A DNA stretch of 49,514 nucleotides. Origin: Catajapyx aquilonaris (lineage: Eukaryota). The position numbers and the translations under genes were made by a program. Shown here piece by piece: positions 1-12,198 of this stretch. The DNA is taken from assembly GCA_000934665.2 (NCBI GenBank), contig JYFJ02002877.1:1-49514 (forward strand), in the 5' to 3' direction. The notes beneath the pieces are model-generated. The model was not told the origin of the DNA and searched no databases. It saw nothing but the letters and a program-made list of their open reading frames with translations. How positions within the stretch are numbered: position 1 is the stretch's first letter; every line of letters begins with the position of its first letter.

Positions 1-2291
1 AGTGAGGCGACGCGTCGCCTCACTGGATTTCGCAAGATGTTGTGCGGTATTGCTCTGAATATCCAGGATAACGTTAGAAATCGGCTCGCAAGTGATTCAA
101 TCAATATGTCGGCGACTGTACATGCATACAACAGCATTTCTAGGTTCTTCAAAATGCAAAAACTTTATTGCGAGGCCATCAGTAACATTTACTGAGAGCA
201 GAATTTACAATTCGGCTTTCTTCAAATGTGGCAACATGGACCCATGACCTCTTAGCCAATCCCCGTGCCTGTTACATGGAGAGCAGGTGGTGTTGATTGG
301 TGGGCATGTCCGCGATGTGGTCACATCTCCCCATGGGTTGCCTGAGATCGCCTTGGATCGCGCCTTGGCTGCCGTTCTATACGCGGTGGCGTCCGACTGA
401 ACCGGAGGGCGCGTCAAGATAATGAAAAAAACATTTTGCAAGCAGCCAACACAGGCTTTGCGAAATTGAAAGCGCGGGTTATCCCAGTGGCCACTTTTCC
501 ACCTCTCTTCTCCCGCGCGCGCTAATCAGAGACGGACTTACATTAGCTTTTCGCTGTGGTAATTGTAATGGCCTTAGGGGGGCGGCCAGCCCTAATTACC
601 AAAATTACCTCTCCACCCTTCCTCTCTTAGTGGTGGTCGGATGACCCCCTCCCCCCTCCCACCCTTTTCTACCAACCCCCCTCGTCTCTAGCTGCCCAAA
701 TCGAGAAGAAAAAGGGAGACGAGGGGGGGGGGGGNGAGAAAGAGGCCCGGGGATACGTAGTTTAGTTTAATCAATATCCAAAGTACACAGAAATGTTATC
801 CGGGACCATAACCTGGCAGGCACGTACTTGCCTTCCTTCAATTAATGAAGGAGATCTAACTTCAACCCCACCCACACCCTTTTCCCCATATACTCCTCCA
901 CACCCATACCGTATATAACGTCCCAACCCTTCGTCCCCCCCATCAAAAAAAAACTCGCCTCATTCGTAATATTAAAATGTACATGACCCCACCCTACTTA
1001 AGCCCATCCAAATTTTCAGGGAGGGGTCAGGTCACTGCCTCATTCCCCCCCCCCCCCTCTTTTTTTGGTGGGGATTGGGGGGGTCGAGAAGGAACTTGGG
1101 GAATGGAGACCCCCGAAGTGTACATTGCATAGGTGGGGCTCACTTGTCAACCACTCTCACAAATTAGCCCGCTGGGAAGCTCTTAAGCACAAAAATGGAG
1201 GCTTGTCTTGGCCACCAATTAAGCCCTGAGTTAATGGTGTTGCTTTTTAAAAGTTAATCAATGTGACAGAAAACGTCATGTTTAATTCTTAACAACAAAT
1301 CGCGCTGTTCCCTTACATCTCAGGAAAAAAAATGCTTACCATGAGAAGGATCGGCAGAAGAAAGGTCAAGAGGTAATAACGCAGGATAAAGTTGGTGAAA
1401 ATGGTGAAGGCAAGGATAATCAGGGCCAGGAATCTTGGCTGTGATGGTCCCTGCGAAATCAATTGTGAATTGACAAAGGGCAGTGTCTAGATGTCCATCT
1501 GGGGTGTAAAACATAAACGTCTCATGCAGCCAGCATCAACCATCAGAATTCCGGCCCATGTGACCAGTTTCTAATACGTTGAATCATCTCATACATGCAC
1601 TTCTGCATTCATTTGCCTTCACACTGAAATCTACTTACATATTTATTCATTCATACTTCATAGAAAAGCACTAACAATTCCTCATTTCCCAGTGCCAAGA
1701 TCTTCCAGTCATTCGTACACAAATTCACACCATAAAAAGTTCGCTATTTTATTGTTTTCCTTGCATATTGCTTTGGCCAATCACCTAGCAGTTAAGCTAG
1801 TGTAATTGAAGTTCTATGTAGCTACATTCTCCTTCCACATTGACTAGCAGCAGGCAACTGAAGCTGCCTCAGTAATGTAGAAAACCACAAAAACGTCCCT
1901 TTCAATAGAACTACTCAATGTTATCATGCAGCAGCTGTCTCCACTCATCTGTTATTAAATACATTATCAACAAAAGGAACAGTGTAGGAATTCTTATCTA
2001 AGTTGTGCCATTGCAGTGGTACGTCTGTCAGAGTAATTTTCTACCAAAGACAACGAAGGAATAAATAACTTTCAACCTGTAAACCATGTACAGTACATAT
2101 TTTAAGTATTACTAGGATAATAAATACTGTAGTGTACATTATTAATATTTTCCATGCATTTCTGAGATAAGAGAAACTCTGATAAATGCTGGTGCTTCTG
2201 CACTATACACAGACAACTCAAGTCCATATTAGTGACAATGTTGCACTTGCTCATTTACAATCTCACCTACAGTGTGCTGAGAAGTCTCTTA

Positions 2292-2459
2292 AGGCCCAGA
2301 CACACAGGCCGTCAACGGTTTTGGTCTTTGGTCACGTTGACGCCGCGGACCAATCAGCAAGCGCAACACAAGTGTTGAGCTTGTTTACATGAGTCATAAT
2401 TGGCCCATGGCGTCACCGCGGGAAGACCAAAACCGTCGAAGGCCTGTGTGTATGGGCCT
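2292..2459. mobile_element. PIF/Harbinger (Tourist-like) MITE, 168 bp
   Basis: Terminal inverted repeats of about 37 bp (AGGCCCAGACACACAGGCCGTCAACGGTTTTGGTCTT versus the reverse complement of AAGACCAAAACCGTCGAAGGCCTGTGTGTATGGGCCT, 3 mismatches). TTA duplication at 2289-2291 and 2460-2462. No coding capacity. Confidence 0.85.
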
Positions 2460-3300
2460 TTATGGGCTCTCAAACAGTATATGCTGAGTGGTGCAAAATT
2501 GGAACGCTTTCTCTGGTGTGTAGGTTCCTTGTAAATATCTCAATCAAATTACTTAAATTTGAGAATTTTCACTTCATTACATTTAAAGGTTACCCCATGC
2601 CTATGAGCATCATGGGAGTCATCCTGTATATTAGGCAATCTGTGTAACAAGGGATTCTGTTGGCTGGCATAACTGGCAGGATGACCCCCATTACATGCCA
2701 TTCTCTCTCTAGTCTTGGTCAAAATAGCTGAAATAAATTAGGGTAATTTCATCTGGAAAATAAGAAATCCACGTCACATAGGAAGTGAACCAATATTTCA
2801 ACACCATGCATAATTCCCTGCAACACTTGATGGAGAAAAGGGCAACATCTAAAACACTGCACCATCAAGCAGACCTCTTTGCAAATTAGTAATAAATTGA
2901 AGGAGATAAATTCTGCCACCTTAAATATGTTCGCAGAGGCGAATTATAGCTTCTGAAATGCATTTCTTGCCAGAAAATCATTCTTGTAGAATTACAGTAC
3001 AGCTCCACGCAGCAGGCCTTCCTGCCGAAAATCAACATTGTGGAAACATTACAATTCTCAGAAGCTCTCGATTCCCATGCCATTTCCTCACCTTAGAAGC
3101 AACAAAGTACTACAACGTAAAGTTTGATAATTCTGTCATTCTGTACTCGCACAGAATTTCAGGCATATTGGTTGAGTCGAGTTGAGCTATTGTTACAGTG
3201 CACTAATTTTTCCGAGCATACGGGATTATTGCATGAGAAGGCATGGCCAATTTTACCCTCAGCATCAGTGCTAGCCAGATTCACGGTGAGGTATCTATCA

Positions 3301-3426
<126 letters not shown>

Positions 3427-4290
3427 CTATACATTAATCATAACAGGAAAATTCTGTGATAATTGTAGCATCCCATGCACTGAAAGTAATCCAGATATTG
3501 AATACATATCGAGTGTTGTGATAGCTAACAGAGGATAACAACAATATATAAACAATAACTTGCAGAGGACCACTGGGAAGGGTAGATGTCACTATATGCA
3601 ATGGCCCAAGGCCAAGGCCAAGGTATGCCAGAAGTTCCGTAAACTGCTGCATGAGCTGCATACTCCTTGACACTCTTTATTTTAGGAAGGAAGGGCATAC
3701 GACACAGTCGACATACAAAAAAGTTGGAAGGACTGGATGGCATTCACAGTGTGGCAACTGTAAAACTGTCAGTAACCTTCTCCTACATGACAGAGCTTCT
3801 CCCACATGTAAGTAACTGTACGTCAAGCTCTGCACACTGTATTTCCCGATCTTGTTATACTGAAAGATCGTCAGTAAACCTGCTGCTATGTAACTGCTAG
3901 TGAAGAGACTCTGGGCTCAGTTACAAAGTTGCATATAAAAACGGGCAGTCTACACCCAGTCCACTATTTGGTTGCTAGGCAGAGTATCGCTGACCTATCG
4001 TTACACACTTACCATTTCATTGCATGTGAATTCTACTTCAGGTACTTTCACTTGTAATTGTCACTAAAGTAACTCCTTCACACCCAAGGAGCTGATCAAT
4101 TTGTATCTTCACGTTAGTAATATTGTGCCTAGTAACCAACTGGTGGATCAACCCCAGCTTACTCCTGCCTGCATAAATTACCCTTTGTCCTGTGAAGTAT
4201 CCTAGGCCCATGTGCCTTCGCCTTACATCCTAAATGCTTTCCGAAAATCATTTAAAAGTGTCCTCGGCTGACGTGAGTCAAAGAACATCA

Positions 4291-4878
<588 letters not shown>

Positions 4879-5135
4879 TCAAGAAAAATGATATGCATGA
4901 TTACCCAATACATTGTTGTACTTATCAAGACAGATAAATGAGGAGGTGGCCACCAAAAGCAGCTTTCTTCGATTTGTGTTGTTTTTGAGTTAACACCACC
5001 ATTAAAATCTTCAAGTAAAGGGGCATCTAATGACCCAAAGAGCCGGATCGAAATGAGTTTTCTTGGGGGCATAATAAGAGGATGAAATCTGCGAGATCAA
5101 CCAAAGACGGTTATCTTCGTCAAATGTGATCAGCA

Positions 5136-5585
5136 TTACCGTTGCAATCCTATCCGGTAGGTTCTGGAGATACCAGATCTTTTCACCATACCTGTATCTC
5201 CACAAAGGTGGGGGGATAGGCATTGGGAAAGTTCTCATTCAAGACTTCACACACTGGGAGGCTGAAGAAAGGATACTTTCTACCACAGGAATGTTTCATG
5301 GATGAGTTGACTTTTTATGTAAATCATCAAGAACAATGTGTGTGGTGTAAAGATCAGAGATATCCAGCACCTATGGGATAGGATTGCAACTGTAGCTCCA
5401 GGTGTGATTGAGCGAGTTAGGTACGACACTGAATACCACCTTTTTTATCTGCCTAGTGACAAATGAACCTCATATCAAAACAAACTAAGGTGAGACCAAA
5501 ACTCCAGACATTTCTTAGCATTTCAAAACTTAAATCATTTCGATATGTCTATAGCTTTCGAGTTATAGGGTTTTCAAATACCGGA
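5136..5585. mobile_element. Truncated second copy of the Tc1/mariner-derived fold-back element
   Basis: Colinear with about 7735-8245: partial left arm, same spacer, right arm starting CATCAAGAAC at 5325. The degenerate ORFs at 5011..5238 and 5463..5648 resemble those at 7654..7905 and 7527..7724. Confidence 0.8.
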
Positions 5586-6697
5586 TTAATTACCTCACTT
5601 AAAGTGGCAAGCCGGTATAAAACGAGGTCGACCAGCATGCTGGTATAACTCGGGGGGTGGCTGGCATGACGCAATACCCGAGGTAGATTTCCATCATTTT
5701 AATCTTTGACAAATTTTTTGGAATACAATGTACTAATGTTACGGTGAAAAATGTGTGAGTACAGGGCTGTCAGAATATGCAAGGTCACACATTGCACAGG
5801 GCATAAAGTGTGACCAATCTCATATTGAGCCTGCTCTGAGAAGGGAACCCTCCTGAACATTACAAATTATGATAAAGGCAAATTCCTTCAGTATTTCGTT
5901 TTGCTCAATAGTTTGCTGGTCGCAGATCTCGTTGGCAATCAGATGAACAATTTGTGTAGTGGTATCAATTTGTCTGAGAAGCCTCATTACTCAGAAAATA
6001 AAATCCAAACCCACCGTATGTAATATCCTGGTAGGTATGCTTCCCTTCTCGTAGCCTCGTACTGTTAATGGAAGTTGCCATGAAAGAACTTATCGAACGA
6101 TCTTATGAGATGTGTCAGGAAATAGAAGTGTACTGGGCTGTAGCCACACAGTAGAACATGGTGCAATGCATTCATTTGATCGAGTGTATCTCACAAACAA
6201 AGAAATGTAACAAACTTTATTCAGAAGGCCCACTAAAAATCTACTGTAGGTTTTTAAATTGTGATTCAATACTATGTACATATGCTCATTAAAATCTCAG
6301 AATATCTCATTTTATGGTATATAGGACCATTTTGGGATTATCCTGGCACACCCCTGGATTCAATAGCACGGATAATAATCGGGAGTATAGTGCATTTGGT
6401 GCAATTTTCCTAATTTATATTTCCGTTCAGAACCTACGCTTCGCAAAAGGAAAAACCCAAGGTCGGCTATCTTCAAATCTTCATCAGGCGCTAGGTAAAA
6501 AGGTAAAAGAGCCTGATTTTGTTTAATTCTGCCAATCATGACAGCTCTTGATTATGGCATGATCACAATAACAAATTTTCAGCTACATAACTCGTAATAA
6601 AAAAAATTGGCATTTTGTTGGAACAGGATTTGGCGAAGATAGTTGCTTTTGGCGGCCGCCTCCTCAAATGTATGTATGCGATGTTGCTGTGTCTCAC

Positions 6698-6948
6698 CTG
6701 TCATATTAGGAAAAATTTTACTCCGCACCACTTGGTCTGTATTTTCTGTCGGCATCACTGTGCTCATGTCTGCATTCACGTCACTCCCACTAGAGCCATT
6801 GGTGGCACTGCTGACAGACGGGGTTGGAGGAGTGTCGTGTGATGCCTTCCCCACTTCGCTGGTGACCTCACCATTGGCTGCGTTTTCATCTGGGAAGTCA
6901 TCTTCTCTCGCTTCTTCCATGTACTCCACGAATCCCTCAAACAGCAGG
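6698..6948 (-). CDS. TMEM259: Membralin exon 4 (coding exon 3): acidic, low-complexity linker LLFEGFVEYMEEAREDD...KIFPNMT
   Basis: Within ORF 6579..6968. Acceptor ttttacag|C, donor CAG|gtgaga. Phase 2 to 1 joins exons 3 and 5 in frame. Sequence is poorly conserved, so the call rests on splice sites and phase. Confidence 0.82.
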
Positions 6949-7537
6949 CTGTAAAATGATATACCCAAGCTGCAAGATATGCAAGCCCTGGGTCAGCATC
7001 CTTTCGCACAAAAATGTTTGCCAATTTTCATTCCAGGCATTTTGGTGCAAAAAGATAAGTGCTGGAAAAGTCTGGTGTTATGTACAGAAAACATTGTCGT
7101 GTATGGTGAGCATCGTGTTTCCATTCCATCCTTTGCCATTCCACTGAAGGAACAAGGAATTACTGACAAATTAAAAAACATTCAGTGGCATCTGAAAGGC
7201 AATCAACAGGATTTGAACATCTTCGTCTGGAAGAAGTTTATCATGCGACAGCAATGCAATATCTTTGTCTATATTAGAGCAGTCTCAAAGCTTTGCAGTG
7301 TTAAGCATTGATGACAGTGCTTCATAATTGTGCTGTCAATAGTATGAGTAACATGCCATGAGTTGGGCTTACGAATGTTGACACTTTAAAATTATTTTGC
7401 AATATAAAACCAATGACAACACCTCATGATGAGATGCTACAAAATACTCCGGAAATTTCTTCCAAAATTATGCTATTCCATTGCTTGCATTTAGTTACAA
7501 ATTGACTTTATCCTTGTTTAATACGTTTAATACAGTA

Positions 7538-8264
7538 CAAAGTGATCAAAAAGAATGCCCCAATTAAAAAGCCCTATAACTCGAAAACTTGCAAGCATAT
7601 CATTATGATTTAAGTTTTGAAATGCTAAGAATGTTTCAAGTTTTGGTCTTGCTTTAGTTTGTTTCGATATGAGCTCCATTTGTCGCTCGGCAGGTAAAAA
7701 TATGGTATTCGATAACCCGCTCAATCATGTCTCGAGTTACTGTTGCGATCCTATCTAGTACATGCTGGAGATGCCGGATCTTCTCATCATACACGATGTT
7801 CTTGATGTATCCTCCAGTGGGGGTCCAATGAGGTAAGATCTGGGCTTCTGGGGGCCCAGGCTTTGGAAAACTTCTCATCCAAGACTTTGCACACTGGGAG
7901 GCCAAACAAATGAAACTTCCCTAAGGCAAGCTTGTTTCACGGATGAGGAGACATTTTTTATGCGAATCATCAAGAACAAGGTATGTGGTGTAAAGATCTG
8001 GGATATCCAGAACCTATCGGATAGGATAGCAACAGTAACTCCAGACACAAATGAGTGGGTTTTGCATGGGACCGAATACCCTATTTTTAAATGTTGAGCA
8101 ACAAATGAAGCTCATATCGAGAAAAAAAAACTATGTAAGGTAAGACCAAAACATCAGACACTTAGCATTTCAAAACTTGAATCATTAAGATACCGGTACT
8201 GTATCTTTACAAATTTTTGAGTTATAGGGTTTCAAAATCAGGGCATTCTTTTTTGATCATCCTG
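7538..8264. mobile_element. Non-autonomous Tc1/mariner-derived fold-back element (about 727 bp) with inverted arms of about 270-300 bp
   Basis: Termini TA|CAAAGTGATCAAAAAGAATGCCC and GGGCATTCTTTTTTGATCATCCTG|TA. Arms 7538-7807 and 7968-8264 are imperfect reverse complements. Minus-strand remnant reads, with frameshifts, WPPRSPDLT..GYIKNIVYDEKIRHLQH..DRIATVT..CRATNGAHIE, typical of the Tc1/mariner transposase C-terminus. Confidence 0.88.
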
Positions 8265-10173
8265 TATTTACACTTATTGTCAAAACATTAATGTGTACGA
8301 CGCACAAAATCAATGTTTCTCTTTTTCTAACAAAAAAATCTATTTCTATGAAAATACTTCCATGTTTTAATGTAGTATTGCCAAAACGTTAATTAACCAT
8401 GTACTGATACCATGTGAAAGTTGTGCCCAGTGAGCTTCAATGCCAACACATATTAATTCTTCAAATCTCAAATTTGGTTTACCCGATTTCCTTCAGTTCA
8501 TAAATGTGCATGATTTATACATCGATAACATGTAACAAATCTGGCATGGAATGACATGTAAAATCCATGTAAAACTGGCCACAAGAGGAAGCTTACCCAC
8601 TAACTTGTTTACTGGTCACATCTTAAATAAATTTCCAGGAGTTACCAACGGCTTAGTTACCTCCAGTGTACAGACTCGTACCCATATAATTTAATGTGAT
8701 TCTATGCACATTAAGAAAGCTACAATAGTTACTCTTTACTTAGTTTCAAGTCCTTCATCTCTGTTGTGTAACAAGCACAAGTGTGGGCATCATAAAAATA
8801 TCAGAATTTCCTGCTTTCAAGGTTAAATATGAATTGTAATTGATTCTGCTTGCCAATGAACAATCTTGGCTTTCAACCAATACCATGTTATGCTTGTATG
8901 TTTTCATTAACCTGGAAAGACCCCCACATGTAACAGAGTTAAGCTTGGCATCACTTTCTGTCTATTAATAGGCACAAATATTATTAACGTGGAAATTTCA
9001 GGCAGAAAAATGTTCCTCACAGATCTCCTTTTCAATGTCTGTCATTATACCACACCCTTATCCAAGTGCATTGGAACAGTGGCACTAAATCTGATCCCCT
9101 CAACATGACTCAAGCTGTGTCCTTGACACAGCATCAAAAACTTTGAAATCATCCTGCGCCTGTTCGTCCATGTTTGGTTACCCTGCTGATGCCCACTTTC
9201 AGAATAACAATAATAGTAGACGAGCAATTACTAACAGTTACACAAATTCATGCCACGGCAAAAAAACTGGTAAATTTCAACGATCATTATATTTAATTTA
9301 ATATAGCATATTAACTTGGCACTAAAAATATTACAAAATTAAGGCAGGTAGCTCAGAAGATCACACAGAAGTAGTTTTCATTATTTATCAGCTTGCAGTC
9401 AGTAAAATTCCAAATAACATTACAATATTATGTTATGGCAAGTGTCGGAAAAATGATGCTACCTGTCCTGCAGTGGACCTTTGACTCTTGGCTATATTTA
9501 AAAAAAACTCCTTAGTGTTTTGCTTGGCTCGTCCTTGTCCTCAGAAAAAAATATTTCCCACTTTTACACACGCATGATTTCCTTACATGGCAGAAATGAA
9601 AGGGTATGTGGTGGTATTGAAAGGCCATAGCTTTCTTTACGTAAACATTTTTGTGGCAAAAGTTTCCAATTTACAAATGAACAATTAGTGAATATTTACA
9701 GCATAATCTTACGCATGCAATAAAAACATCTCTCAGGTGTCTGTGATTTCTGCAGCACGACGTCATTAAAGTGCAACTTTGGCTGGGAAGTGGAATAGCA
9801 AGTGAAAATAGCGTGTCATTGCCCTGCAGAAAGGAGAGCACATTTGTTTGGCATTTCCACATTCAATCAGCCAGACACAGGTTATGAAATTTATTAAACT
9901 AGAGGCAGAGATCTTATTGCTATTCTCTTTCTGATGTAGCATGTCTCTTGAGATTCATTAGGAGTTCAATCTAATAAGCAATGCACAGAATCGTTCAATA
10001 TGAGTAACGTATTTCACCATGTTCTCTTGCAATGCAGAACAGGAACAATCTCATTTGTGTAACAAGTCATTTGCCAAACAATGCTCCAATAAATCTGCAA
10101 AGCATGGCATTAACTTCTGTTCCCACAAAGTGCAGTGCTGCTCGAATCTTGAATCAAACAAGACGCCAGCTTA

Positions 10174-10596
<423 letters not shown>

Positions 10597-10860
10597 TCAA
10601 ACCTGCTTTTCATATCCTAATATTAGCCCTTAATAATTTTAATGGCCCCAACGTGTAACTGATAAGCATAAGGTGTGCAATAACTTTTCAAGGCAGCTGC
10701 ATAAAAATTCCTTTTCCGACATCAACCTGGTAATCGAATTCTAGTTTCTGAAATGCCTATTATTAATTGCTCTAGAATGATTACCCAACCTGAACCTATA
10801 ATTCCAATCATCGGTTGCACTCTATCAGTACAGAGCCTGGAAATTAGCAATATATCATTA

Positions 10861-11214
<354 letters not shown>

Positions 11215-11525
11215 TCATCTTGCTACGGCTCATTACCTGAAAACAAATCTGCGTTACAACGATGAGTAATAACAAAGTTTCAATTGCGGTCCATCCAGCG
11301 CAATGCGGACAACCATATGTTATTAAACCGCATCCTCATTTAGCACTTGTGGGGCCTCACTCGTTTTATTATCCCCACTGTTCGACTTTTAATATTTAAT
11401 TATAAAACACCATTACGTAAATCTCCTGCAATTTATGTGTTGTTACTGCGTTTTTCTACGAGTTGTGCGCAGATCATTTGGTTGTGAAAACAACATGGGC
11501 GAACCCCTGGGCCAGTCCACCTCAC

Positions 11526-11680
11526 CTCTGAATCCGGCCTTGCCCTGTCCGCCCGTGGGCGAGACCCAGAAGCCGAGTCCTCAGCTCCTGGAACGACCGA
11601 ATGGGATGGAAGAAAAAAAAAATCTTTCTCTTTTTTTCAGTTCGTTCTACTGCTGAACAGTCGCCATCTTTAAATCTTTC
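11526..11680 (-). other. TMEM259: Probable membralin 5'UTR first exon (5' end approximate)
   Basis: Strong donor GAG|gtgagg at 11526/11525. GC- and CpG-rich segment. YY1-type AAGATGGCG at 11662-11670, commonly found next to housekeeping-gene start sites. Confidence 0.65.
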
Positions 11681-11875
11681 AGAACGATCATGCGCGTTGC
11701 CAACATACGCACAAATTTATGGTACCAATATGACGAAATTGATCGCCTAAACATTTAACTCCCACATTTTTGTTAAATATAAATTGGTTTTTATACAAAT
11801 TAAAAGTTGTGGAATGTCGGATATGTAAATTCAAGGGCATGTTGGGGTTGGCAACAACTGGCGGGATTTTGAAAA
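11660..11875 (-). promoter_or_regulatory. Probable membralin core promoter
   Basis: YY1-like CGCCATCTTT (11662-11671), inverted GTTGCCAAC/GTTGGCAAC pair (about 11696 and 11847), and E2F/CDE-CHR-like TGGCGGGATTTTGAA (11859-11873). Motif matches only. Confidence 0.45.
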
Positions 11876-12031
11876 GTTGAAGGAAATATTATTTTTTTTA
11901 TATTCCAATTTGTCACCTCATTTTTAATAAGTTAACTCACCTTTTTTTTGCGCATTTTGATGGTAAGTCACATATGCCAAATGTGAAGTTTGGGCTGGAA
12001 AAATCAACAAGTGCGTTTTAAGTACAACTTT

Positions 12032-12037
12032 TTTATT
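12032..12037 (-). terminator. Candidate AATAAA polyadenylation signal of the B3GALT-like gene
   Basis: TTTATT on the + strand about 160 nt downstream of the stop codon, in an AT-rich stretch. Confidence 0.4.
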
Positions 12038-12198
12038 TTTTTGTTTTCTCATAATTCGTTCTTGAAAGATATGAACACAAATTAAATCAGGTGCGAGATC
12101 TGCATAAAATGTTCTGTACAAAAATATATGGCACATTCATACATATAGGGATTACTGAACAAGTAAATTATAATCCCTGCTGGTTGGACATCACACAA

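Noticed and set aside
205..441. 78-aa minus-strand ORF as the next membralin exon or a transposon protein
   Set aside because: No resemblance to the expected TLSxSMLLRYSHHQ segment or to any domain I recognise; non-ATG start.
4013..4230. Further exon-like segments with gtaag donors in membralin intron 5
   Set aside because: Frames contain stops or the phases do not connect to neighbouring exons; acceptors are weak.
5631..5644. 14-bp palindrome ACCAGCATGCTGGT
   Set aside because: Short, next to decayed transposon sequence, no supporting context.
6365..6395. Possible pogo/Tigger-like terminal repeat remnant
   Set aside because: No matching opposite end or TSD found.
7654..7905. 83-aa ORF as an active transposase
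   Set aside because: Frameshifted C-terminal fragment only, with no DNA-binding domain or full catalytic triad.
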